Shown: positions 12,834 through 26,074 of the stretch, piece by piece
Numbering within the stretch: position 1 is the first letter of the stretch
Layout: the number at the start of each line of letters is the position of its first letter
Assembly (NCBI RefSeq): GCF_001194135.2
Contig: NC_068984.1
Coordinates: 119,823,109-119,887,108, forward strand
Direction of reading: 5' to 3'
From: Octopus bimaculoides
Lineage: Eukaryota
Length of the DNA: 64,000 bases
Program-made: the position numbers and the translations under genes
The notes under the pieces: generated by a model
What the model saw: only the letters and a program-made list of their open reading frames with translations
Told to the model about the DNA's origin: nothing
Databases searched by the model: none

Positions 12834-13269
12834 TCTAATTTTGAAGGTAGCAGATAGTAAGGGAGCTATTTAGTTACATTCTTAAAAGTGTATTTTCAGT
12901 ATCATTAAAAGCAAGCTTATATGGATGTATAAGCTGACACAGATTTTTGTAGATACAGAAATGTGGCTAAGTGTATAATTTTGAAGGGAGAGTACAATTA
13001 TAATGATTGTGTTTGTTTAAATAGGAAAAAAGCAATTATTGTATGCCACTTCACAGTATTGATTCTTATTGCATATTTGTGATGGTCTTCACTGCACTAA
13101 ATTAATCTTGTTGCATGTGGCAGTCATGCATGAAAAATGCAAGCAACACCAGTCAGTAGTTGGTTGGAAATATAAATGATTATTCTTGAAATAATCCCTC
13201 AACCATGATATGAAGGCATGGAAAATCCCTTGTCCAAGAAAAACCCTATTATAGCATATGGTTAATGAA

Positions 13270-13545
13270 TGAAGGTGTATGGCCTAGTGGTTAGGGTGTT
13301 GTGCTCATAATCATAAAATAATGGCTTCAATTCTAGGACTGGGCAGTGAATTGTGTTTTTTGAGCAAAATCACTTCATTTTATGTTGCTCATTCACTCAG
13401 CTGTAAATGAGTTTCAGCAATAATTAGGAAGTTAAATCTTGCAATGGACCGGCATCTCTTTCATGGGGATTGTTGTCATTTATATGCTATAGAAACTGAA
13501 TTAATCCCCAGCTTATGAATCCAGGGGATCATGACAGACCTAAGT
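13270..13545 (+). mobile_element. SINE family C
   Basis: tggcctagtggttagggtgttg head; gcaatggaccggcat...atagaaact. Confidence 0.7.
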
Positions 13546-13719
13546 AATAGATAAATAGTTCACCAGCTAAAGTTACTCTGAAATCCTTTTTTTTTATTCT
13601 GACCAAACTAGTGGTAATATTCAGTCATATCTTTCACCATGCTGAGTCATCTTTGATCAACTCTCCCACTTTTTCTCTGTCCACCTCACTATGACTTGAA
13701 ATATTTCTAACTAATTTAA

Positions 13720-13936
13720 CCCATTAGCATTCAGATTTCTTTGTCAAGTGTATTACTTATCTATTCACATTGTTTTGAATTAATCTTGCATTGTCTTGTA
13801 GTGTCAATATATCGATGATGTGAATATGTTTTTCGAAGACATTGAAGGGGAGGTGTGAGAGGTTGGATCTGGTCAGTTGTAGCATAAAATGTATAGAATA
13901 TTGGGGCTGGTTATGACTAGTTTAAATACTAAAGGG
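13720..13936. mobile_element. piggyBac-type MITE
   Basis: TTAA at 13716-13719 and 13937-13940; ends CCCATTAGCATTCAGA / rc CCCTTTAGTATTTAAA (12/16). Confidence 0.65.
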
Positions 13937-13937
13937 T

Positions 13938-14160
13938 TAAGGCAGTGAGCTGGCAGAAGAGTTAGCACACTGGGTAAAATGCTTAGCGGTATATTGTCTG
14001 TATTTAGGTTGCGTTCAAATTCTGCTGAGGTCGACTTTGCCTGTCATCATTTTGGGGTTGATAAAATAAGTATCGATTCAATATTGGGGTTAACGTAATC
14101 AACTTGTTCCTACCTTCAAAATTGCTGGCCTTGTGCTAAGATATAAAACTAATATTTCTA
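13938..14160 (+). mobile_element. SINE family D
   Basis: aggcagtgagctggcagaa...gttcaaattctgctgaggtcgactttgcc...ggccttgtgc. Confidence 0.8.
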
Positions 14161-14169
14161 ATAACTGCC

Positions 14170-14436
14170 AATCCCTCCCCTCGACTGGCTCCTGTGCTGG
14201 TGGCACATAAAAAACACCATCCGAACATGGTCGATACCAGTGCTGCCTAACTGGCTCCCATGCCAGTGGCATGTAAAAAGCACCCAGTACACTCTCAGAA
14301 TTGTTGGCATTAGGAAGGGCATCCAGCTGTAGAAACATTGCCAGATCAGATTGGAGCCCGGTGCAGCATGCCAGCCCAGTGAAACTGTCCAACCCATGCC
14401 AGCATGGACAAAGGACGTTAAATGATGATGATGATA
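14170..14436 (+). mobile_element. RTE LINE 3' UTR, 5'-truncated
   Basis: ttggcattaggaagggcatccagctgtagaaac...ccaacccatgccagcatgga...cgttaaa(tga)n tail. Confidence 0.8.
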
Positions 14437-14460
14437 TATTCACACATATATACACTCATA

Positions 14461-14656
14461 TCCAAATTTACGGGATGGATTAGATAAACATGGAATCCCT
14501 TTACAACAATGTAACCTTCATTTGACTAAGGTATCTTTGGCCTGATGAGTAGCTAGCGGATTACTCCTCATTTGGGTAATTACTATTCCTGAGGTTCTGC
14601 TAGTTAAGAAACATATGTATCCTGGATTTTTTTCTACTCCATCCCCTAAATTTGGA
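14461..14656. mobile_element. MITE related to the 17295 fold-back
   Basis: TIR TCCAAATTTACGGGATGGATTAGATAAA vs rc TCCAAATTTAGGGGATGGAGTAGAAAA; body aligns with 17500-17670. Confidence 0.7.
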
Positions 14657-14962
14657 TTTTTATTTGCATACTGCTAACTGTGAACTATAAAATAACTGTT
14701 TTCTGCTTATCAAGCTTCGGTATGGGAAAAATTTACAACCTTCTGTGTCAATAAACCACTATTGTTCCTGAAAGTTGTGTTTTTATACCTTCTACAGACT
14801 GCTTGAAGCTCACTAACTTCCTATACCTGGATCCTTGGATCTTACCTTTACATATTACTACACACACACAAACACACATGTGCATGCATCCATACCCATG
14901 TGAGCACGGAAGGCAGACATTAGACAATGCTGCTGCTGCTGATGATGATATATATGTATATA

Positions 14963-15170
14963 CAGGGTGTCCACAAAGTCTGGGTACATGGGGATTGACA
15001 CATACTTTAAGAAATTATTATTTCTTATATTTAATTGTTTATGTTATGATTTTATTTACACCATGTACCCACATGGGGATTGACACATACTTTAAGAAAT
15101 TATTATTTCTTATATTTAATTGTTTATGTTACGATTTTATTTACTCCCTGTACCCAGACTTTGTGGACAC

Positions 15171-15174
<4 letters not shown>
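14963..15174. mobile_element. Tc1/mariner-type MITE with an internal ~85-bp tandem duplication
   Basis: 26-bp TIRs CAGGGTGTCCACAAAGTCTGGGTACA (25/26), TA flanks; core catggggattgacacatac...tgtaccca present twice. Confidence 0.9.
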
Positions 15175-15220
<46 letters not shown>

Positions 15221-15381
15221 CACACACATGCATAAATCCTTATATGCAACCTACTTGCATGCATGCATACATACATGCATGCATACATACATGCACATAT
15301 GTTTCCATTTTTTTCTGCTTCTCTATATGTATTCTGGAGATAATCATTATGTTCTATTTTCATTTATCTTTCCAATTTCAG

Positions 15382-15474
15382 TATGGTGGACGTCTTGAGT
15401 TAGTGGAAATGGTAACATTTATAAACGAACAAACTAATATTAATAGACAGCCAGGTGGAGAGCTAGAAGAAACG
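15382..15474 (+). CDS. Internal coding exon (phase 0-0) of an ERp38/TigA/PDIL2-1-like protein; end of a thioredoxin-fold domain plus linker
   Basis: Acceptor ttttcatttatctttccaatttcAG, donor ACG|GTAATT. The only open frame is YGGRLELVEMVTFINEQTNINRQPGGELEET, which aligns ungapped to the recalled plant PDIL2-1 segment [31 protein letters not shown] (11/31 identical). Confidence 0.8.
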
Positions 15475-16235
15475 GTAATTTTGTTTTTTCATCCATCTTC
15501 TTTATATATTATCAAACTCACTCAGCACTCTACATATCTCTAAAGAATTCTCTCAATTTTTTCGATTGTTTAAATGGAACTTTCTGGATTGATAATCAAA
15601 TTATTCAAAATTAGTTATGTCTGTCTGTCTGGTTAGCTGTCTGTTTGCCATTCTGGCTGCATATCACTCTCTCTATCTCTTTTGGTAAATTTTATTAAAT
15701 TGGTAACAAAGTTATTTGAAATTAGTTCTACCTTTCTTTTTTAATCCTTTGAAACCTTCATATTAAGAAATAACTACCCTTCTACTGCTGCTGCTGTTTG
15801 ATTAAATTTAGAGACCCTTGATTGTATGGGACTGTCACTAGACATTCACTCAACTGTGTCAGCCAAAAATATTGTCACATTGACATTAACACATCGAAGT
15901 AGCAGGGAACTTAATAAAATTTCTAAGCCTAAACATGTGATTATCTTCTGCCTATCAAATTGTACCCTAAACAGATACTAATTTGAGCCATGTTCCCACT
16001 AAAAAAATGAGGGAATTTTTGAACTCCAGTAAGAAGAAAGACAGTTGCAGCATAGTCCTACATCTTTCTTTCTAACTTAACTTTTGAAAATCAGAAAAAT
16101 CTGTGAAACCAGTTAAGCCTTTAAAAGTAAGCCATTTAAAGGACCCCCAAGGTATTCTCAACTTTTTTTCTGCCTGTGTGGAAGTGTGGAATAAAATAAC
16201 TTTGTTTTCTCTCTTACTCTCTCTCTCTCCCTCAG

Positions 16236-17081
16236 TTGTAAGTAGCTTGCTTACCAACCACATGGTTCCGGGTTCAGTCCCACTGCATGGCACCTTGGGC
16301 AAGTGTCTACTACTATAGCCTCAGGCCGATCAAAGCCTTGTGAGTGGATTTGGTAGACGGAAACTGAAAGAAGCGCATCGTGTACTCGATGACTGGTCAC
16401 CGCAACAGTGGAGCACTAACAGCATTGTCGAGCGTGTTCATTGCTAGAGCAGCTGTCTGGCTTCTGTGCTAGTGGCCCGTAAATAGCACCATTAGAGCAT
16501 AATCATTACTAGTGTTGCCTTCTAGCACTTGTGCTGGTGGCATGTTAGAAAATCATTCGTGTGAGGTCGTTGCCAGTGCCACTGGACTGGCTCCCGTGTA
16601 GGTGGCACGTAAAAAACACCTTTTGAGCGTGGCTGTTGCCAGTACCATGTGACTGGTCCTCATGCCGGTGGCACGTAAAAGCACCTACTACACTCTTGGA
16701 GTGGTTGGCATTAGGAAGGGCATCCAGCTGTAGAAACTTTGCCAGATCAGATTGGAGCCTGGTGCAGCCTTCTGGCTTGCCAGTCCTCTGTCAAATCGTC
16801 CAACCCATGCTAGCATGGAAAGCGGACGTTAAACGATGATGATGATGATGATGATGATGATGATATATATATGTATATGTTTGTGTGTCAGTGTTTGTCC
16901 CCACCAAATCGCTTCACAACCAATGATGGTGTGTTTACATCCCTGTAACTTAGCAGTTTGGCAAAAGAGACCGATAGAATAAGTACTAGGCTTACAAAGA
17001 ATAAGTCCTGGGGTCGATTTGCTCGACTAAAGACAGTGCTCCAGCATGGCCACAGTCCAATGACTGAAACAAGTAAAAGAA
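16236..17081 (+). mobile_element. SINE A interrupted by an RTE insertion at its central TA tract
   Basis: 5' half 16236-16380 and 3' half 16865-17081 both match 51419-51850. Confidence 0.85.
16381..16864 (+). mobile_element. RTE LINE 3' UTR (5'-truncated) nested in SINE A
   Basis: Very similar to 28045-28445; ends gcggacgttaaac(gat)n. Confidence 0.85.
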
Positions 17082-17294
17082 TATATATAAATGTAAGATC
17101 CAGGGATTGAGGTGTAGGAAGAAAGTTAGCTTCAAGCAACCTGTAGTAAATATAAAGCAACTTTCAGGTACAATAGTGCGTTAGTGAGATGGAAGGATGT
17201 GGATTTTTTTCCTGTTGAAGAACGATAAACTGAAAAAGTACTTTTTATATTTCATAAAAGGTGACCAGAGTTACCAGGTGTGTGAATAAGAATA

Positions 17295-17670
17295 CAAGAG
17301 TTATGGAATGGCATAGATAACATCCAGGCTACATATGTTTCATCACGAATGGAACCTCAGAAGTGGTAAATATCCAGGTGAGGTGTATACCGCAGGCTAC
17401 TCTTTAGGCCAACAATATATTGATTAAATGAAAGTTTGCATTGCCGCAAGGAGGTACATGTTAACGTATGGAAGATCCAATTGGTTGAATCTCCCATGCG
17501 TTAACATGTACCTCCTTGCGGCAACGTAAACTTTCATTTAATCATGATATCCTTGGCCTAAAGAATAGCCTGCCGTATACACCTCATCTGGATATTAACC
17601 ACTTCTGAGGTTCTGCTCATGGTCAAACATATGTAACCTGGATCTTATCTATGCCATTCCATAACTCTTG
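17295..17670. mobile_element. Fold-back MITE, 376 bp, ~186-bp arms, 4-nt loop
   Basis: TA|CAAGAGTTATGGAATGGCATAGATAA...TTATCTATGCCATTCCATAACTCTTG|TA; arms meet at ccaa-TTGG-ttga (loop 17481-17484). Confidence 0.9.
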
Positions 17671-17673
17671 TAC

Positions 17674-17750
<77 letters not shown>

Positions 17751-18293
17751 TAGATAGTTAGATATGTGTGTGTGCTTGTATTCCCACCACTTGACAATCA
17801 GTGTTGGTTTGTTTGCATCCCTGTAACCTAGCAGTTCGGTAAAAAAAGATCTATAGAATAAGTACCAAACTTAAAATAAGTATCGGGGTTGATTTGTTTT
17901 AACTAAAATTCCTCAAGGTGGTACCCCGGCATGGCTGCAATCCAATATCTGAAGTGTGTAAGAGAATGAAAGAATGGAACAGCATAACAAAGTGTACCAG
18001 TGCTTATGAGTGTAATTGTATATTCATGTTGTCTCACACTGAATAATGATATCCATTAATTTACCGATTCTATATTTTCAGCTATTGGAGTCATGTCAGA
18101 TTACATTGAAACCATTTAACTATATTCCTTACCATTTCCTTTTTTGACAAAGAGGTTTTTAGACAGTTACATTAGCAGACATTCTAAACATGTTTGTAAA
18201 ACAATATAATAAATAGGTATGGCAGAAAATGATAGAAAATACTGAAGAAAACTACCATTTTTACGTCCACCACCAGTAAAAGTAATAATAATA

Positions 18294-18325
<32 letters not shown>

Positions 18326-18907
18326 AATAATAATAATGATAAAAAAACGAAAATAACAACCCTAAAAAATATATTGTAGCCATGTCATTTTAATAATGAA
18401 TGAAAGGATGGGGTATTTAATCTATATGAAAACTGTTTCAGACGAAATACTTAAGCTGTTTATCAATCCGTATGCATGAAAGTGGAACCGATCAATGAAT
18501 AAATAAATTTCTGAGAGGCAAATAAAACAAAAGAATAAATAGAAGACAGACTGACTGACAGGTAGACAGACAGACAGATAGATAGATAGATAGATAGAAA
18601 TAAATGGAGAGTCAAAATGAGTAGGAGAAAGAAAAGTGTGTGTGTGGGTATATATNNNNNNNNNNNNNNNNNNNNNNNNNNNNNNNNNNNATATATATAT
18701 AAATATATATCTCACATAAATATAAATATATATTACATATATATACATCTGTATTCACGCACACTCACATATTTATTCATTGGAGATGGAAGAGATCGAA
18801 GAGAGAAAGAATGGGACATTTTATAGATTATATACACTGTAATTTCAATAATAAAAGATGAACAGAGATGCAAAGCTACCACAACATTTACTATTCCTAT
18901 TGCTAAT

Positions 18908-18949
<42 letters not shown>

Positions 18950-20536
18950 CACAATATAAACCCAGTATTAAAGTAAAAGTAAATGATTGATAAAAAAAGG
19001 AAAACAAATGATTTTCAGTTTAAAAATTGATATTGAATATTTTATAATTTCTGAAATAAGTCAAAGGTCCTGAAAGTAAATCCATATTAAAGGTCTTGGG
19101 TTGTGGTAGAGCAATAAAAAAAACTAAAAAAAAACATTTGATCAATAACTACAAAGGTGTTAGATCAGATTTCAATGTTTCTTCCTTGCAAATTATTATT
19201 TTTTTGAAATTATATTTTCTTTTTTATTACCATTTTTTTTTTACATCCATTTATTACCATTGTATTAACGTCTGTGTTTGGAATGGTTTTCTTATAAATT
19301 TAGATGCTCGAATTATTATACACCGATAAATTCAAGTTGGTTGCGTCATCTCCTGATTTATAGTCACAACATTTTGGCCATTGTACTCTCTGGCATTATT
19401 CAATATTTGTCATTTTTGATAATCAACATCATTGTTGTCGTCGTCATCATCATCATCATCATCATCATCATCGTTGTCATCGTTGTCGTCGTCGTCATCA
19501 CCATCATCATCATCATCATCATCATCATTTAACATCCATTTTCCTTGCTGACATGGGTTGAATAGTTTGACAGGAGGTGACAAGCTGGAGGACTATGTCA
19601 AGTTCCAATGTCTGCTTTAGCATGGTTTCCACAACAGGATGCCCTTTCTAATGCCAACCACTTTACAGAGTGTACTGGGTGACTTTTTTTTTGTGGCACC
19701 AGCACTAGTGAGGCTGCTAAGTAACTCACAAGACAAAAAAAAAAATGCTCCCTCAACTAATTAGGAGTGTAGTAGAAAGGTGGCATTATGCCAGGTGTTT
19801 AGAGGCTAAAGTTTGATAAAGGTCAATGGAATTTGAAACTGAACTCCTTTATTAAATCTATAGAGAACATAACTTTTCTCATTCTATTGTATGTGATATG
19901 GCTAATTCATTATGTTGGACTCAGAGATTGAACTCATGCTCACTATCTAATCTGCTACACTTAACAAATAATCAATACATATATTCACCATTCTCCTCTA
20001 CTGACAATGGTTTAGTGAACAAAAGCATTGTTTCCTTACTGCATATTTATTTCTGGTCAGATTTTTAATGCTCTCTGCATTAGATATTTTAAAACTAACT
20101 TAGCTATTGATTTTTCATGCAGATGGTGTCTCTGAATTAAAATGACTTTGCCTAGGGTGGTTAACAGTGTAACTAACTTGGACAAGTTCCAAAATCAGAT
20201 TGAACAAAAAGGAAAACATGGTTCTAGTTTGAGTTTTATAGTTAAAAATATTTATTATTAACAAAGTATAATACTTTTGATAAAGTTTTCTTCTGAACCA
20301 AGTGTCAGAAATGGCATGGTACGTGATTAGTTAATTTTATTTGTGTACATGTGTATCGTGACATTGTGTGATTGATGTGAGGTTGTTTGTGAACTGCCAA
20401 GAAAATATGTTAGACCATGGGGAAATATTACCTTGTTTGGAAACAGGTGAGGATTGATGACAGAAGGGTATCTGGACATAGAAAATCTGCCTCAATAAAT
20501 TCTGTCTGACCCATGCAAGCATGGAANNNNNNNNNN

Positions 20537-20571
<35 letters not shown>

Positions 20572-20595
20572 AAACTAATATATATATATCATCAT

Positions 20596-20770
20596 AAAGC
20601 ACCCACTACACTCTCTGAGTGGTTGGCGTTAGGAAGGGCATCCAGCTGTAGAAACTCTGCCAAATCAGACTGGAGCCTGGTGTTGCCATCCGGTTTCACC
20701 AGTCCTCAGTCAAATCGTCCAACCCATGCTAGCATGGAAAGCGGACGTTAAACGATGATGATGATGATGA
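20596..20770 (+). mobile_element. RTE LINE 3' end, tail-to-tail with the next copy
   Basis: aagcacccactacactctc...gcggacgttaaac(gat)n. Confidence 0.85.
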
Positions 20771-20919
20771 TCATCATCATCATCACTCCCATTTAACGTC
20801 CGCTTTCCATGCTGGCATGGGTTGNNNNNNNNNNTGCCATCCGGTTTCACCAGTCCTCAGTCAAATCGTCCAACCCATGCTAGCATGGAAAGCGGACGTT
20901 AAACGATGATGATGATGAT

Positions 20920-21452
20920 GATCATCATCATCATCACTCCCATTTAACGTCCGCTTTCCATGCTGGCATGGGTTGGATGGTTTGACTGAGGGCTGGCAAG
21001 CCAGAAGGCTGCACCAGGCTCCAATCTGATCTGGCAGAGTTTCTACTGCTGGATGCCCTTCCTAACTCCTGTGTGTAGTGGGTGCTTTTTACATGCCACC
21101 GGCATGAGGGCCAGTCTGGCAGTACTGGCATCGACCACACTTGAATGGTGCTTTCTACATGCCACCAGCATGGGAGCCAGTCAGACGGTACTAGAAACGA
21201 CCACACTCAAATGGTGCTCTTTTCATGCCACTGTCACGTGTGCCAATCAGGCAGTACTGTCATCAGCCACGACAATGACTTCACTTGACTCAACAGGTCT
21301 TCACAAGTGTAGTTTATGGCTCAATGATTGAAGGGTACTCTTAGATGGACCGGTTATGCTGCACTGGCATAAGCCACAGTTACGGTCTTGCTTGGCTTGC
21401 TGGGTCTTCACAAGCACAGCATATCTCCAAAGGTTTTGGTTACTTGTCATCA
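20920..21452 (-). mobile_element. RTE LINE ORF end plus 3' UTR
   Basis: (cat)n...tttaacgtccgctttccatgc, inverted hairpin units, and rc of the ORF-terminal ...gacctttggagatatgctgtgcttg. Confidence 0.8.
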
Positions 21453-21536
21453 ATCCTGGTTACAATCCTGTTTGTCAAACTGCTAAGTTATGACACATAA
21501 TAAGACACAACATGAACATAGACAGTGTAAACGTAA

Positions 21537-21567
<31 letters not shown>

Positions 21568-22888
21568 TGCATACACGATGGACTTGCATGCAGTTTCTAT
21601 CAACCAAATTTCATTCTCAAGATATTGGTCAATCTGGGACTGTAACAAAGAAGATACTTGTCAAAGTTGTGCAAAATGAGATTGAACCTAAAATCATATG
21701 GCTGCAAAGTGAACTTTCTTGATCACACAGCTATACTTGCACGTACATAATGCAAACACATTCATTTGCACACATGCTATATGTTGTGTAGTGTTTTCAA
21801 TTTAAGATTTAAAATTACTCAATATATTTTACTCAACTGCTTGTCAAGAAACTAAAAGTAATGTCAAATTTTTACATCAAAGTAATCCTACTCCCCACTC
21901 CCTCCATCTCTACATCTAACTGTCCACCAACATTTCACCTATGCATATTTAAGAGTACAGATGTCAGTGTGGTCCTCAAAATAGCAGGCATCCAGCTGAC
22001 AGATTGATGGTTCATATCTTGTCACTGGCAATATATATCATGTTTCTGGTCATGATATTAAGCTCTGTCTACCTCACCATAAATAGTTAAGGTTGGATAG
22101 GAATATCTTGGCAGTGGTGAATGGAAATTGTTCTAACTTGAACATCTGACAATAGATGAATTGATCAAGAGTCGAGAGAAAGAAAAACAGAAACAGACAG
22201 GAGGTGATCAACCAACAAAGAATTATTGATTTGTAATTTATTCCAAAGTAAGAGCAGTGAAAAACAGAATCATTTGAATGTCACAAAATACCTTATGGTG
22301 TACATTTACAAACCCAAGTTCAAATCCTGCCAAGGTTGTCTTTACTTTGTGTACTCTTGGGTTAATAAATTAAAATACCATTCAGTACTTAATCATTTAT
22401 TTAAGCCTTTCACTCTCTGTGGAGCATAGGCCATTGATGCATTTTCTCTGCTCTTCTCAAATCTAGGCTGTCTTTTTTGCTTTACAGTGTAGCCTATCCA
22501 CTTGCACTTCAGGCCTTGAGAAAAGGTGTTCTTCTCCCAGGTGTTGTTGGTTTTGAATTGTCATCAGTGCTTCTGTAACTTTATGTTTTTAGGTAGGGGT
22601 GCTGGCCCTATACAAACCCATTTTATCTCTGGGAGGGAAAGGTCAGGCATATTAGTATGGCCTCTATTCCTTGAGCTGTCCAGCAAGAGAAGCCCTACTA
22701 GGAACTTACACAAATGCACGCACATGCACACACAAGCGTGCACACACACACACTCACACACACAATGGACATTCGCACAGTTTTCATCAACCAAATTCCA
22801 TTCTCATGCTATTGGTCAGTCTGGGGCCATAATAAAGAAGATACTTGCCTTTTTACAGTGTGCTACATATTTCGGTCTTCTGCCATCT

Positions 22889-22948
<60 letters not shown>

Positions 22949-23189
22949 AAACAAAAATAGCCAGTGAGATCCGTGAAGGTAGAGTCTGAAAGAGTATGAA
23001 GATCCAGTGGTAATCTGGGTGGAGTGCTGGTATGTGGATGAGAAGAGGTACTGAAAGTTCAGTAAGTTGTTAAGATACAAGTCCAAGAGATAAGAAATTC
23101 TGTCAGGAAGGATCAAACTGGGGTAACCACATGAGCTGAACTCTACACAGTTTTTCTCTCTCTGTTTTTTTTGTTCGCTCTCCATTTTT

Positions 23190-23330
23190 ATCTCTTATTC
23201 CTTTCTGTCGAAGAGCACAGGCTCAAAATGTAAAAGACTTATCCATTTACCCCATGCATTAAACTAATACAACTGCTTGTTGTTCCTACACCTGTCTTCA
23301 TCTTTGTTTTTTTTTTGTAAATTTGAACTA
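23190..23330 (+). mobile_element. Degenerate copy of the hammerhead-like repeat
   Basis: ctttCTGTCGAaGAGCacagGCTCaaaaTGTAaaagactt, homologous to 30566-30605. Confidence 0.5.
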
Positions 23331-23334
23331 TATG

Positions 23335-23972
23335 TATATCATCATCATCGTCATCATCATTTAATGTTCGTTGTCCATGCTGGCATGGGTTGGACAGCTT
23401 GTCCAGGCTGACACGCTGGAAGGCTGCACCAGACTCCAGTCTTATTCTGCATGGTTTTCTATGGTTGGATACCCTTCCTAATGCCAACCACTCCGAGAGT
23501 GTAATGGGTGCTTTTACATGCTACTGGCATGGGTAGCAATTTACATGACACTGGTATATGCCACGACTGCGATTTTGCTCAGCTTGATGGGTCTTCTTCT
23601 CAAGCACTACATAATGCCTAAGGTCTCGGTCATTGCATCCATGAGGTCCAACACGGAAAGGGAACTCAGCCACTTTGCCTCTGCGAGGCCCAACGCTTAA
23701 AAGGTGTTCTTTACGTGCCACCAGCACAGGTGCACTTGGCTTGATGGGCCCTCTCAAGCGCAGCACATCGCTAAAGGTCTTGGTCATTAGTCATTGCTGG
23801 TATGAGGCTCAAAGTTTGAAGATCATGTTTCACCACCTTGTCCCATGTCTTCCTGGGTCTACCTCTACCACAGGTTCCCTCCACAGTTAGAGATCGGCAC
23901 TGCTTTACACAGCTGTCGTTATCCATATGCATAACATGATCATACCAGCACAGTCGTCTCTCTTGTACACCA
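23335..23972 (-). mobile_element. RTE LINE ORF C-terminus and 3' UTR
   Basis: CGVQERRLCWYDHV...VEGTCGRGRPRKTWDKVVKHDLQTL; (cat)n tail at 23340; TA tracts on both sides. Confidence 0.85.
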
Positions 23973-23998
23973 CATATATATATATATATGTGTGTGTG

Positions 23999-24036
<38 letters not shown>

Positions 24037-24899
24037 TTTCTTCTATGAATGTATATATATGTGTGCGTATAGATATATACATGTATATATATGCATATAT
24101 ATACATATATANNNNNNNNNNNNNNNNNNNNNNNNNNNNNNNNNNNNNNNNNNNNNNNNNNNNNNNNNNNNNNNNNNNNNNNNNNNNNNNNNNNNNNNNN
24201 NNNNNNNNNNNNNNNNNNNNNNNNNNNNNNNNNNNNNNNNNNNNNNNNNNNNNNNNNNNNNNNNNNNNNNNNNNNNNNNNNNNNNNNNNNNNNNNNNNNN
24301 NNNNNNTATATATATATATATGTATGTATATATATGTATATATATATATATATGAAGAAAAAGTGAAAGGGGTACAAATAGACATATTCATGTGCATATA
24401 GATTGAGGACTTTGAAAACAACTTTATTAATTTATTTCATTGAGTTTTCTTTACCAAAATCCTATTAAACACACTCTTCCTGATACCATTTAGGAAATAT
24501 TACCATGGGAAGTCATTTGAACTATTAATAACCTGAGACACCCACCCCCGGCAAAAAAAAAAAAAAAAATCAGAAATAACAAAAAAAGCAAATATAATTA
24601 ATTTGAGTCATTGATTTTTAAATGGTATCGAATATAAATATACCATTTCAGCTGGGTTCATATTACGCCACTTGCTTGACAGCAATTGCAGTATTGCAGT
24701 TGGCTTCTTAACATGTTGCCAACTTCACAATACTGCACATTCTATGTTTGCAGTAACTGCAGATTGTTATTCCATGTCACTGAACATGTCTAATAAGGAA
24801 TGGTGCCTCAGATTATTTAACTTTCATTGAATGTTCTAGGAAGTTAAATTTATTTTTCATTTCTTATATATGTGTGTACAGTATATATAGATACAAAGA

Positions 24900-24933
24900 T
24901 AGATAGATATGTATATACATATACACACACATT

Positions 24934-24976
<43 letters not shown>

Positions 24977-25201
24977 TATATATATACACATTAGCATAGC
25001 TAGAGTGTGTGCTGTCCAGAGTAGCCCTTCAGTTTGCCGCACCCGGGCCCCTACAAAAATATACCTGGCTGTGGTACCACTGCTATAAAAGTGCTGCCCG
25101 GGGAAGATTGCCCCTCCTCCCCACTTTAACTACGCTAGTGTATATATGTGTGTGTGTGTGTATATGTATGTATGTGTATGTATGTATATATATATATGTG
25201 C

Positions 25202-25237
<36 letters not shown>

Positions 25238-25403
25238 GTATGTATATATATGTATATACATGTGTACATATATGTGCATATACATATGTGTATATGTATA
25301 TGCACACACACACACACACGTATGCGCATATATCTGTATATACATATATATTTTCGAATATATATATGTATATATACATGTTTGCATATATGTATATAAT
25401 GTG

Positions 25404-25484
<81 letters not shown>

Positions 25485-25495
25485 ATATATATACA
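24900..25495. repeat. Compound (TA)n/(TG)n/(TC)n microsatellite region containing a small MITE
   Basis: Seen directly. Confidence 0.9.
24992..25137. mobile_element. Small GC-rich MITE-like element
   Basis: Ends TAGCATAGCTA / rc TAGCGTAGTTA (9/11); internal gtgctgtcc/gtgctgccc repeats; no TSD recognised. Confidence 0.45.
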
Positions 25496-25956
25496 CAAGT
25501 TTATTTTTTAGAAATCAATTTAATTTTTTTTTTATTATTAAGACTCTATATTAAGTTTGTATTAAAATGTTCAAATATTTTAATAACATTATATGAATAT
25601 TCTTGATGAGATTTTTATATTAATTTGTTTTATTTTGAAATAGTATTTTTTATCTATGCTTGGAATATTATTTTTAATATGTATGAAATATTAATGCTCA
25701 TTTATTTAATCTGTTGATTCTGGTATTTTTACCTCAAACTCTATGTGTGTAAGTTAATGCCTATTTTGTAAAAAACAAACAGAAAACTTAAGGTATGTTC
25801 TTATCATAAAGCAGTGTGCAGTAGGATATATACTTAAAATAGCAATAAATTTAAGAACCTGTCTTCATATGTAAAATTACACACATATGCGCAATAGAAA
25901 GTATTACGGTACCACTAATTAGCGAGATCTAGTTATTGGACTGCAGGCATGCTTAA

Positions 25957-26074
25957 CCCTTTGAGCTCTGACCTCCTGAACCTTATTTGACCATATGTCT
26001 GGCACTCTAGCGGTGCTACGGTATAGAGAAAAATAAGCCATCCACTGGTAAACCAGTGTTATGGGCTCAAAGGG
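25957..26074. mobile_element. piggyBac-type MITE, 118 bp
   Basis: TTAA|CCCTTTGAGC...GCTCAAAGGG|TTAA: perfect 10-bp TIR and TTAA duplication. Confidence 0.85.

Noticed and set aside
20684-20975. Exact 141-bp direct repeat (20684-20824 and 20835-20975)
   Set aside because: Identical copies either side of a 10-N gap: typical unmerged contig overlap.
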